Shown here: piece after piece, positions 52,391-64,000 of the stretch
How positions within the stretch are numbered: the stretch's first letter is position 1
How the letters are laid out: the number at the start of each line of letters is the position of its first letter
Assembly: GCA_964016885.1 (NCBI GenBank)
Contig: OZ024743.1
Span: 325,314,001 to 325,378,000 of the forward strand
DNA length: 64,000 bases
Direction of reading: 5' to 3'
Source of the DNA: Eledone cirrhosa
Lineage: Eukaryota
The notes under the pieces: generated by a model
The model's database searches: none
The model's input: the letters and a program-made list of their open reading frames with translations, nothing else
Told to the model about the DNA's origin: nothing
Made by a program: the position numbers and the translations under genes

Positions 52391-53980
52391 TCGCGATATT
52401 GTCATATTTTGTTCTGATAGTAGTTCGTTTGTCCACCCCTTTACTTTGCCTTTTGTTGTATGTGGTCCTAGATGTGTGTATTAGCTGCTTGTGAGGTTTT
52501 CTTTTTTTCGTTTCTTTTTCCTTTCTATTTGTAATATTATATTATGTTGACGGCTATGCCTTAATAAAATGAATATATAAGGTAACTGGCGCTATACGAT
52601 TGTTTTTTCAAGGGAAATAATTAAGTGAGAGTATTAAAAGTATCAAAAGTTATTTCCCTTTCAAGAAGGCCTCTTTTTCTAAAAAAAAAAATTAACTTTT
52701 TTGTTCTGTATTCTTGCAGCCTAAACCATCTAGATCATAACTATTGGGAAAACGGTTTCTGGTAATTAGATTCATAACTTTTCGAAACTTGGTATATTTT
52801 TGTCACTGAATTATAATTATTCAAAAGACGTCATATTTCTGGTACACTATACATCTTATACCAATGACTATAAAACAACGAATCGTGTCGAGTATAAATA
52901 AACATGTCCGATTTCAAACTTAGAATTATAACGTATGAAATACTGTGAACACAAGACATTTTGACACTTACAAGTTTCCAGACCCCTAAAACAAACTATC
53001 AAATCACACCTACGTCAACATTGTTTTTCATCCTTTTAAGGTCGATAAATAAAGTACTAGTCCAATACTTGGATTCATTCTCTCTCTCTCTCTCTGCTAA
53101 GAGTTAAGGATTCATGGATGGATGGAATGAGCTATGTTAAAAGTTAATATAAAAAATTGTTTCATTTTCTTTTTTTTTTTCATGTTAAGGTTTTTTTTGT
53201 CTTCTAAGTAACACTGTCATATTATCCTGTGGACAACTTTGTCTGTCATTCTTGACAAGGTAGGGATTGATAAATAAGTACCAGCCCAGGAACAATGGAT
53301 AGTTAAAGAATCAGATGAGATGCCTTGTGATACTTATCCAGTTCTTTTCTGTTCTGAGTTGAAATCCTGCTACCTTCTGTCAGGATTTGTGGCCAGCAGA
53401 CAGTATCAACAATGGAAAAACCAATAAAAATATTGTTTCCTTGGTCTTATTTTACAATTGGCTCCTTTCTGGGTTTTTTATTTATTTCTATTGTCATATA
53501 ATTCTAAAAATCATGTTTAACTCTTAACATCCTATCTTGAAGAGGCGTAGGGATCTGCCTTTGTGTCGCTACTTGAGTCCAGATTGAACCACCCTGCACG
53601 ACCTCCCCTGCACTTCCAGCATCCTAGCCCCACACATCCTGTACTATATAAAACCAAATTAGCATGATATTCTTTCACTGTGACTGTATCACATTCAAAT
53701 CTAAAGTCTAAATGTTAATCCTTCAAATTTTCATAATGATCTGTCCACTAGTAAATTATATTAGGAATATTTTAATTAACAAACCCATTTTAAAATATTT
53801 TCTGTAAAAGGATTATCAGATGTTATGAGTCAATTAACAACTGCATTAAATATTAAAATAATTTTCCCAATGATCTGTACACTAGTATATCTTTAGATAT
53901 TTTCAACTAAATCATTACAGGATGTTAAGAGTTAATTACTTTTATATTCTATTTCAGATAAACTGCTCTAAAAAGGTAAG

Positions 53981-54620
53981 ATGGATGAGGTCAATCATCT
54001 TGAAAGTGTTAAACTTGCAAAAGCTGAAATAGAAAGAATGGAAAGAGAGAACATCAATATCAACCAATTTTTTCCAACAATTGCACATAACTTTGAAAAC
54101 TATTCTGCTAAAGTGATGGACAACTGGCCGAGGAGGGAACTAAATACATCTGTGTCTGGTGGTGCAACGTCTGGAAAACGAAAAGGTATCACATTCCGCC
54201 AAGACATGAAATTTTACAAAAACACAAATGCTTTAGTGGAGAACACAAGATATCTAGACAGAAAAGAAGAAAGTATGAAAGGAAAAAGAAAAAATGATGA
54301 TGATGATGAAGTGGAGCAGGTTTTCTCTAATGGTAGTGTGGAAAAACAGACGTTAAAGGATGAAAGGGATAATGATGCCGAAAAAGAGGAATGTGGGATG
54401 ATAGAGTCATTAGGTGATACAACTAGAAAATTACAATTAAATTCTGAAGATAGCAGGGAAGACCAGATATTTAATGCTAATAATCAGAATTATATAGATA
54501 AAGAACAAAATGATGTTATTGCTGCTCCTGATGCTGATGATGATAGTGTTGATATTGTTGCTGTTGCTGCTGATGATGATAAATATGCACCATACACATC
54601 TCTGCTGGAGGTTCTCAACC
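53981..54620 (+). CDS. Probable first coding exon of an unidentified host gene (acidic, probably disordered N-terminus)
   Basis: 219-aa non-repeat ORF in AT-rich DNA; acceptor TTCTATTTCAG at 53957; in-frame TAA upstream of the ATG; possible donor GTAATG at 54621. Confidence 0.55.
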
Positions 54621-54839
54621 GTAATGTAAATATCATATAACTATGTTATACCTACATCATATTATATGAGATGGTAGTTACAAAAATATCAACATATATA
54701 TATATGTATATATGTGTGTGTCGATATATATATATGTGTGTAGATATATATATATATGTGGATATATATATATATGCACACACACATATATATGTGTGTG
54801 TGTGTGTATATATATACACACACACAGACATATATATGT

Positions 54840-57800
54840 CATCATCATCATCATCATCATCACCGTTTTACGTCCGTTCTTCCACGCTAGCATGGGTTAG
54901 ACAGGTTGTCCTGTTGTGGGCAGTGTCTGGTCGGCTGACCATGCCTTGCTCATACAGGAACTGATTTGGCTTGATTTCTACAGCTGGATGCCCTTCCTAA
55001 CACCAACCTCATTTACAGTGAGTGCTGGGTGCTTTTTCATGGCGCCTACATGTCCACTTTACAGTGTGGGCTGGGTGCTTTTTTGCCGTGGCACCTCCAC
55101 GACCACCTTGCGGTGGGGTGTGGGGGAATTTTGTCTATATGCTTCAGCTTGTACCCATGGGAGGTCGGGTACTCTGTATTACTGCATGACGCCAGAGGTC
55201 ACGGTCGTGTGTCATCACCTTTGAGAGGTGTAATTGGGTAAGGTCAGCTTTTATCACCTCATCCCAGGTCATCTTGGGTCTCCGCACTCCGCGGTTTCCA
55301 TCGACTTCTAGTGCTCTGCACCTTTTTATGCAGCTGTTATCCTTCATACGCATCACATGTCCATACCAGCATAACCGCCTCTCCTGCACACAGCATTTGA
55401 TTCCTCTTATGCTCAGTCTCTCTCTCAATTCATTTATGCTTTGTCGTTTGCGTATATTACTGTTACACATCCATCGGAGCATGCAGGCTTCGTTTCTCTC
55501 TAATCTACGTAAGTCTTCCACCTTCAGCGCCCAGGTCTCACTACCATGTAACATTGCTGTTCGGATACACGCATCATACAGTCTGCCTTTCATTTTGAGG
55601 GAAAAGCCTTTTGCAGCTAGCAGTGGCAGTAGTTCCCTAAATTTCTTCCATCCCGTTCTTACCCTAGTTATTGTACTTTCTGAACACCCACCTCCACTGC
55701 TAATTCGGTCACCGAGGTAGCAGAAGCTGTCTACTGTTTCTACAGAGCCCTCCCAGAGATTGGTGGTACTTGATTCCTGTGGCTGTTTGCTCTTTGCTGT
55801 CCCAGCACAGATGCTGCATGTGAAGCCTACATTCTTAATTAAGATTCCTGAGATCCCGCTACATCTCTTGTGTACCCATTGTTTGCATTTGGGGCAGAGA
55901 ATGGAGTTCCTACCTACGCCTTTCCTACATACTGAGCAAGGCCATTTCCCTGAGGGGATCTGGGTTCTGTTTTCTCGTCTACTTACAAGGACCTTAGTCT
56001 TTGTCATGTTGACTTTGAGACCCTTTCTTTCTAGTCCCTGCTTCCAAGTTTGGAATTTCTTCTCTAGTTCTACCATAGATTCAGCTATAAGTGCGAGGTC
56101 ATCAGCATACAGGAGTTCCCATGGGCATCCGGTCTTAAACTCCTCCGTTATTGCCTGCAGGACTATGATGAACAGGAGGGGGCTAAGAACAGAGCCCTGG
56201 TGGACCCCAACCTGTACGCTAAATTCCTCGCTATACTCATTGCTAATCCTAACTTTGCGGACTGCTCCTCTATACATGGCTTGTACCGCTTTCACAAGCC
56301 ATTCATCTACTCCTAGTTTTCTAAGAGGCCACCAGATTACAGCACGTGGAACTCTGTCAAAGGCTTTCTCAAGGTCGACAAATGCCAGGTAGAGTGGCTT
56401 ACTTTTCGCTAGGTACTTTTCCTGTAACTGCCTCACAAGGAAGAGGGCATCAGTGGTGCCTCTTCCTGATACAAACCCAAATTGCATCTCGTCTAGTTTC
56501 ACCCGGTCCCTAATCAACTGTGCTATAACTCTTTCTGTTACTTTCATGACCTGGTCCATCAGCTTTATACCTCTATAGTTTCCTCTATCTAGTGCATCAC
56601 CTTTACCTTAGTAGCAGTTGACAATGATGCTACTGCACCAATCTTTTGGTATGACACCTTCTAGTATTACCTGGTTAACAATACGTGTGGTTATAGTGTG
56701 ACCTACAGACCCAGATGCCTTCAGCATCTCGGCAGCTATACCCGATGGACCGGTTGCCTTCCCCATCTTCATATCTTTGATTGCCTTACTTACTACGTTG
56801 CTGCTGACTTGTACTGCTGGCCCCTCTATAGGGTCTACTTGGAGTAGGGTCTCTTCTTCCCATGCATTCTCCTTATTTAGTAATCTATCATAATGACTCT
56901 TCCATGCATCTTTCTTCTCAGCACTTGTGAGGGCAAGCTCACCTTTATCATTCCGGATACACTTCTCTCCAATGACATCACAACTATCTCTGACACACTG
57001 CCTCGCGTTCTTGAACACCTCCTGTTTCTGGTCCTCACGTTGCAAAACAAGCTTGAATTTTCTATCCTCTGCTTCCCTCCTAGCTAAGTATACTTGTCGC
57101 CTAGCTTCCCTCTTGGTCTCTATGTAATGTACCCTGCTCCCCCCGTTCTTCCATTCTTTCCATGCCTGTCTCTTGGCCTTAACTGCCTCATCTACCTTAT
57201 TGTTCCACCACCAAGTCACTCTCCTCCTGCTTGAGGTCTTACTCCAGCCACAGACCTCATCCGTCGCCTCTAATAAGTTATTTTTTAGGAACTCCCAGTT
57301 CTCTTCTACATTGAATGTCTCTATCTGTTTTTCTTTACTGTCTTAGGCGTTGAGTAAAATATCTTTAAATCTGTTACTGGTTGAGGGGTCTTTCAGCTTC
57401 CAGATCTTTCTTCTCCAGGTTGGCCTCTGTTTCCAGTTTCGTCTAGTTCTGACTGTGAGGTTGCTGACAACTAAGCTATGTTGGGATGTACATTCCTCAC
57501 TAGGGAAGGCTTTTGTGTTTACGACCGTCCATCTGTCACGTCCTCTGATGAGGATAAAATCTATCTGACTAGAGTGCTCCCCTGATCTATAGGTGATCAG
57601 GTGGTTGTCGGGTTTTTTAAAGTTTGTGTTACATATCGACATGTCATTGGCGTCGCAGAATTCTAGAAGTCTGAATCCTTCCTCATTTCTTGTGCCAACC
57701 CCATGGCCTCCATGTACTCTATTGAAGCCCTCGCAGTGTTTACCTACGTGTCTGTTAAAATCTCCTGCAATGATTAGGAAGTCATTGTCGTCTGTTAGAG

Positions 57801-58200
57801 CAGTAGTGTGCATTAGGGACTCGTAAAACCTATCCTTACGTTCGTCTGGCAGCCCCGATTGGGGTGCGTAAGCTGATATTATTGTGGTAATTGTTTTATT
57901 CAGGACTAGTCTGAGTTTAATGATTCTTGCATTTACCCTGTACACTGAGATTACTTTATCTACCCACTTGTCAGCTAGTAGTATACCTACACCACCCATC
58001 CCATCGTCATTTCCCACCCAGAAAAATTTGTAGCACTGACTTTTTCCTACAAGGACTCTAGCAGACTCTCCTCTCCATCTAGTCTCTTGCACACAGCATA
58101 CACCAATTTCCTTTCGCTCTAGCATTTCTACAATTTCTCCTGCTCTTCCTTTCATTGAGCCTACATTGATGGTACCAACTCAGAGTTTTGGGCATTTGTC
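54840..58200 (-). mobile_element. Near full-length RTE-clade LINE (APE endonuclease + RT), broken into three ORFs, (GAT)n tail
   Basis: VGTINVGSM, VQETRW, AYAPQ, GDFN, SQIDFIL (APE); FVDLEKAFDRV, QGSVLSPLLF, YADD (RT); 3' UTR ends in CAT repeats at 54840. Confidence 0.95.
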
Positions 58201-58898
58201 GACACTCGTAGGGAAGGGTCTCTGGATTGGCGCTTCACATGGGTGCTTGGTAGCTCACAGATTCATATTTCATCTGTTAATTCAGAGTTGCTCAAATTTA
58301 ATATCAGTTCATCCATCCATAACGGTAGGAAAATTGAGGGCTAGAAGAACAGTGGTGGTGGAATAATGGAAGGGTGTGTTGGGCTGGGACAGGGGAGGAG
58401 AGAGTTAGTTAGGTAGTAGTAGTAGAAGAAATGACATGCTGAGGTTTGATGGGTCGAATAGCCTATGGTGGGTGGGAGGGAAATTGTGAGGTAGGGAGAG
58501 AGGGTCGCCATCAAGATGGATGACTGGAATGAAGCCAAATCAACTCTAGTGATTCATTTTAGCCTTTCAGAATAGAGTGTCTTATCTCTTCAATAGCTTC
58601 AAGATGAGTGAGGTGGAATGGGTGAAGAGGGAACGGGAGGTAATGGGTGGCTTAGAGATAGATAGAGAGAGGGTAGCCATCATAGAAAGAAAGATAGAGA
58701 GGGGGATAGCCATCATAGAGAGAGAGGGTCGCCGCATGGCAAAGTAGCCGATAGAATACATCAACAATAATATTAATAATATATATACATATACATATAT
58801 GTAGATATACATATACATATATATATGTGTAGATATATATATGTGTATATATATGCATGTATATATATGTGTATATATATATATGTGTATATATATAA

Positions 58899-58929
<31 letters not shown>

Positions 58930-58934
58930 CGAAA

Positions 58935-59643
58935 GCTGTATAAAAAAGTGCAGGGCAATAAAAATAGACGGTAGCCATGGAGTAGGCAGACCCAGAAAAA
59001 CCTGGGACGACCTGATAAATTCCGACCTCACACACTTACACCTCTCCAAGATAATGTCACTGGACCGAGATCTTTGGCGCTACACAGTAATACAGAAGAC
59101 CCGCCTTGCCTAAGTACAAAGCGAAACCTACAGTCAGCAGGCACCTCTAACAGAAATACACCCCTGTCCCACTACCCCCACCCCATCCACACCACCCCCT
59201 TAAATGTGAAGTTATGTTGGTACCACAACATCCAGTCCGAAACAAATGAGGTCGTGTAGGTGTCACGACAAAAAAACACACAGTCCACGCTGTAATGTGG
59301 CCGTGTAGGTAACACGGTAAAAACCTCCCAGTCCACACTGTAAACGTGGTTGGTGTTAGGAAGGGCACCCAGCCGTAGAAAACCCGCCAGACGTGTAGGT
59401 GTCACGACAAAAAAAAACACAGTCCACGCTGTAATGTGGCCGTGTAGGTAGCACGGTAAAAACCTCCCAGTGCACACTGTAAACGTGGTTGGTGTTAGGA
59501 AGGGCATCCATCCGTAGAAAACCCGCCAGACAGTCCTATACGAGCAGGACAACCAATCTTGCCTCAAGTGGGAAAACTCCCGTCCAAACCCATGCAAGCG
59601 TGGAAGATGGACGTTAAACGATGATGATGATGATGATGATGAT
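58935..59643 (+). mobile_element. RTE 3' fragment with an internal ~140-bp tandem duplication and (GAT)n tail
   Basis: [13 protein letters not shown]; CGTGTAGGTGTCACGAC...AAACCCGCCAGA at ~59253 and ~59392. Confidence 0.85.
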
Positions 59644-60286
59644 ATATATATGTATCTATTAATTGATTAATTGTTTATGTTTGTTTGATAACTTCTGGTT
59701 GAGTGCTTAATTCAGTTTGTCTAAGGGAATTTCATTCCTTTGTCTCAAATTTCGAATTCACCGCCTAAACGGGGGTTACCTCCCTTGGAGAAAACCATGT
59801 GTCTATAGCAAAATTTACTGCTATAACACACCCACTGCGGCTAAAGAACGCAAGACATGTTGAAGAAGTAAATCCTTTGTTCTGTCGTCAAAGACCATTA
59901 ACTTGCAGACACCTGCAAGCGGAATTAGTCGATCTCGGATTTACAGAAACCTAGCGTGGATATTGTGTGTTGTATGTGATGTATATCGTATGCTATACGA
60001 TATGCATTATACATTGCATTCGGTCTCCGCGCAATGGTCCAGGTCAGTCTCAAAATCTTTGCCTGAGTCCAACCATTTTCGTTGCTATGGCAATGCGGCT
60101 GGACTGCCGATCACTATATTTGATTTGCAAAGCTGTCTACACGTATTGTTATTACTCTGGGGTATCATTCTCTATCGAGTGCTAAAGCTACACTCTGAAT
60201 TTGCATTCGTTACCTAGCCGCTGCCTAAATCTTCGTTAATGCTGTACTAAAATGTGTATGTATATATATATGTATGTATATGTATA

Positions 60287-60534
60287 TCATCATCATCATC
60301 ATTTATATCCGTTTTTCCCTGCTTGCAAGGGTGGGATGGGTCCTATTCAACACAGCATCTCGATTCGTCACAGTCCTTTGTCATCTCCTCCGTGAGCTTC
60401 AGCAATCTGAGGTCAGCTCTCACCACTTCCACCCATGATTTTCGTGGTCTTCCTCTACCGAGTCTTCCTTCCACTGGGATTTCTTGACACTTCTTTACCC
60501 AGCGGTCATCCTCCATGTGCATCACATGTCCATA
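60287..60534 (-). mobile_element. RTE 3' fragment (second family)
   Basis: EGRLGRGRPRKSWVEVVRADL; (GAT)n tail. Confidence 0.8.
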
Positions 60535-60539
60535 TCAAA

Positions 60540-60911
60540 GGCAATGACACACGACCGTGACCTCTGGCGTCACGCAGTAATACAGAGTACCCGACCTCCC
60601 ATGGTTACAAGCTGAAGCATATAGACAATATGCCCCCACACACCCCCACTGCAAGGTGGTCGTGGAGGTGCCACGGCAAAAAAGCACCCAGCCCACACTG
60701 TAAAGTGGACGTGTAGGCGCCACGAAAAAACACCCAGCACTCACTGTAAATGAGATTGGTGTTAGGAAGGGCATCCAGCTGTAGAAATCAAGCCAAATCA
60801 GTTCCTGTATGAGCAAGGCATGGTCAGCCGACCAGACACTGCCCACAACAGGATAACCCGTCTAACCCATGCTAGCGTGGAAGAACGGACGTAAAGCGGT
60901 GATGATGATGA

Positions 60912-60957
<46 letters not shown>

Positions 60958-61257
60958 TCATCATCATTACCATTTTATGTCCGTTCTTTCACGCTAGCAT
61001 GGGTTAGACGGGTTGACCTGATGTGGGCAGTGTCTGGTCAGCTGACCTTGTCTTGCTCATACGGGAACTGATTCTGGCTTGATTTCTACAGCCGGATGCC
61101 CTTCCTAACACCAACCTCATTTACAATGAGTGCTGAGTGCTTTTTTTCCGTGGCACCTACACGTCCACTTTACAGTGTGGGCTGGGTGCTTTTTTGCCAT
61201 GGCACCTCCACGACCACTTTGCAGTGGGAGGGGGGTGGGGCATATTGTCTCTATGCT
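60540..61257. mobile_element. Two RTE 3' UTR copies tail-to-tail around (TA)n (60540-60915 +, 60955-61257 -)
   Basis: Both are near-identical to 54861-55220. Confidence 0.9.
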
Positions 61258-61304
<47 letters not shown>

Positions 61305-61411
61305 GAGAAAAAGTTTTAAAATAAATTTTAAAAAATTCGCTGTATTTACTATATGTGCCTTTACTGTGGTTTCATATATATATATATATATCTATATATA
61401 TATATATTTAT

Positions 61412-61560
61412 ATAGGAAAAGAGTTAGGACCCTGACGGCTGAGCTCCTGCTATTTTGACAGCTAGATCCGAACTTAGCCACCAATATTAGAACAGCGGGT
61501 TTGGATCTAGCTGTCGAAACGGCCAGAGCTTAGCCGTCAGGGTTCTGACTCTTTTCCTAT
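61412..61560 (+). other. 149-nt long hairpin (MITE-like or structured RNA)
   Basis: 35-bp and 23-bp helices paired by eye. Confidence 0.85.
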
Positions 61561-61677
61561 TACCCACTCTACTACCCTAAGTATCGAGTACTCTGGTGTG
61601 TTATGGTCCACCTGGTTTCTTACTACACTTCCTTTGTTATATATATATATATATAAATATGTATATATATATATTTA

Positions 61678-62328
61678 TGAAATGTAAATCTGAGTTTTTC
61701 GAATAATATTCGATTTGTTTGCAATTATGCAAACAGCCTCTTAAGCCATGTGAGTAGAATGACCTCGTCATTCTTGTTCTTGTGTTGGCATATAAACAGA
61801 ATAGCAGACACTATGTGTCTTGGTTATTACCCTTCATCAGTACTGTATACTGTTTACCTGCCAACTGTTAGAGTTAGTGAAAATATATGATATTTTCTGG
61901 AATATACAGTGACTGATCAGCCTGATTTGCATATTAGCAGACTGCCTGATCAGTCAGATCTGCATATTAGCAGATCCACTGATCAGCCAGATTTGTTTAT
62001 CAGCAGATCGGCCAGTCAGTTTTATGTATACAAGTGATTAATGGCCGGCTTTGCCATAGTCAAATAACTAAGCAATAGTTTTATCGCTCTACATGGCTGA
62101 ATACAAGAAATGTAAATCTGAGTTTTCCGAATATTAATGATAATATTCAATTTGTTTGCAATCATGCCAACAGCCTCTTAAGCCATGTGAGTAGAATGAC
62201 CTCGTCATTCTTGTTCTTGAGTTAGCATATAAACAGAATGGCAGACACTAATGTTTCTGGGTTATTACTCTTCATCAGCACCGTATACTGTTTACCTGCC
62301 AACTATCAGAGCTAGTGAAAATATATGA
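61678..62328. repeat. ~215-bp direct repeats (61678-61890, 62107-62328) flanking three 33-bp CTGATCAG units (61913-62011)
   Basis: Direct sequence comparison. Confidence 0.85.
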
Positions 62329-63254
62329 GTGTCTGCCAAAACATAAACACAAGCTACAAAATATACACCTTCTACCCAACCATACCCTTGACCTATTCCT
62401 TAAAATCAGGAAAACAATACAGAAATTCTAAACCTCCTTAATGAAATCAGAAACACACACAAACAATCCTAGCTTCTGTCTTTAACTACAATAGTGTTAT
62501 AGTATGCTTGACACATTGGAGAATATGGAAAATTTGATAGGTTTTAGAAGCTTCTACAATGTAAATAGGGCTGTGAAAACTGAGGTAACAAGGCAAGCAA
62601 TATTTACCATATATACTTATGTAAAAGTCGAAATTTTTAGACAATTTTTTAAGGTTAAATTTATGGGGTTGACTATTATGGATACTATTTTTGAGGGGCT
62701 TGAAATGCAAGCTAGAATCCAAAGTACCTTATCAGTAGCAGAAGCCCAACTTATCTCTAAACAAATAAAAACAAAAACACAATGAATTACAGTAATATTA
62801 CCAATTCTATACATCAAAACACATGTGCTAGTAAATAAGAAGCATTTGCTGGAGTTCCATGACAGCGCTCTCTGTGAAACATGTTCTCACCATGTAAACA
62901 GACAATAAGATGAACATTGGCACATATGTTTATTGTGTTTGGAAATGGGCAAAATATAAATATTGCAGGCTTGTAGCACATCTTGTGCATACATTTTATT
63001 AATGGTGATGTAGCATCCATCAACAGATGTGTAGTGCTTGCTATTATATGAGCATTCCACTACAAGCACTAAGCATTCCAGCTATAGGGCAAGCTATAGT
63101 AAGGTAGACACATGCTTAGGTACAATTTTAGTTTCAGACATGTATTTGCAATAATATAAATTTGCCTTAAATTCATGACGATTTTGTAAGTGTTATTTCT
63201 ACATACAGGATGATACCTTGACCGATAAATGTAGCTTTGTTATTCATGAACAAC

Positions 63255-63343
63255 ATGGGTCGACTTTTATAAGAGGTATATGGAAAATTCCAGATTTTTT
63301 GGACAAAAATATGGGGTCGACTATTACTTGAGTATATACAGTA
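63255..63343. mobile_element. Probable Tc1/mariner (Tc2-like) terminus
   Basis: GGGTCGACT repeated, ending in ...TTGAGTATATACAG-TA, which resembles Tc2-type TIRs; no partner end seen. Confidence 0.5.
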
Positions 63344-63443
63344 TTAGTCCCAATACATTTTGGATAAGATATCCATTTTCAAAAGAGTTGTTAAGAAAGT
63401 TAAGATAGTGGTATTCATCATCATTATCATCATCATTGGCAAG

Positions 63444-63630
63444 GGCGGTGGATTGGCAGTATCGGTAGAGGGTCGGACACCATGCTTTGTAGCACAGTTA
63501 CAGTCCTTTATCGTCTGAGTTCAAATCCCGCCGAGGTTAACTTTGCCTTTCATCCTTACGTGGTCGATAAAATAAAGTACCAGTAATACACTGGGATAAT
63601 TGCTGGCTTGTGCCAAAAGTAGAAACAATT
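63444..63630 (+). mobile_element. tRNA-derived SINE
   Basis: Same family as 46612-46797. Confidence 0.92.
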
Positions 63631-63860
63631 ATCATCATCAACATCATAATTTTATATCCCCTTTCTATGCTAGCATTGGACAAGCTGTTATGGACTAAAT
63701 CCAAATGGGTGGAACAACCAATCTTGTTCATTTCATTCTATATTTGGCATGATTTCTATGGCTAGGTGCCCTTCCTAATGCCAACCACCTTACAGAGTGT
63801 GCTGGGTGCATTTTTCATGACATCAGAATGGGTGCATTCTTCATGACACTAGTACTCACA
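63631..63860 (-). mobile_element. RTE-tail-related repeat
   Basis: (CAT)n plus GGTGCCCTTCCTAATGCCAACC, a motif shared with the RTE 3' UTRs in this window. Confidence 0.6.
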
Positions 63861-64000
63861 CTGGACTGGATGCATTTTATTATGCCAAACTGACCTATAT
63901 TGTCACCATTTGACTTTGTTTACCAAACCATGTAGCCTCCAGTCTCTCATCATATTTACTTTTAGTTTCATAGTGCTTATACTGGTGAGCCTTTTGCATT

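Noticed and set aside
55274-57826. + strand ORFs of 64-210 aa
   Set aside because: Antisense shadows of the RTE ORF.

Overview
Eukaryotic, repeat-dominated window. The SINE/RTE repertoire and microsatellite style suggest an octopod cephalopod (inference). Bases 1-33264 are one tandem satellite of a 50-bp monomer (~665 copies) with kb-scale higher-order duplications and a hairpin-compatible core. Bases 33265-64000 are a mosaic of microsatellites, tRNA-derived SINEs and LINE relics (RTE, CRE/RLE, Tx1/L1-like). This part also holds a 5'-truncated Naiad-like Penelope element surrounded by three canonical-core minimal hammerhead ribozymes, a tRNA-His(GUG) gene with stem mismatches, one probable host coding exon and a 149-nt hairpin whose in-helix mismatches are all G-U. 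The best leads are the hammerhead cluster, the satellite's structure-preserving polymorphism, the head-to-head CRE endonuclease fragments and the G-U hairpin. All calls were made by eye; no search or folding was run.
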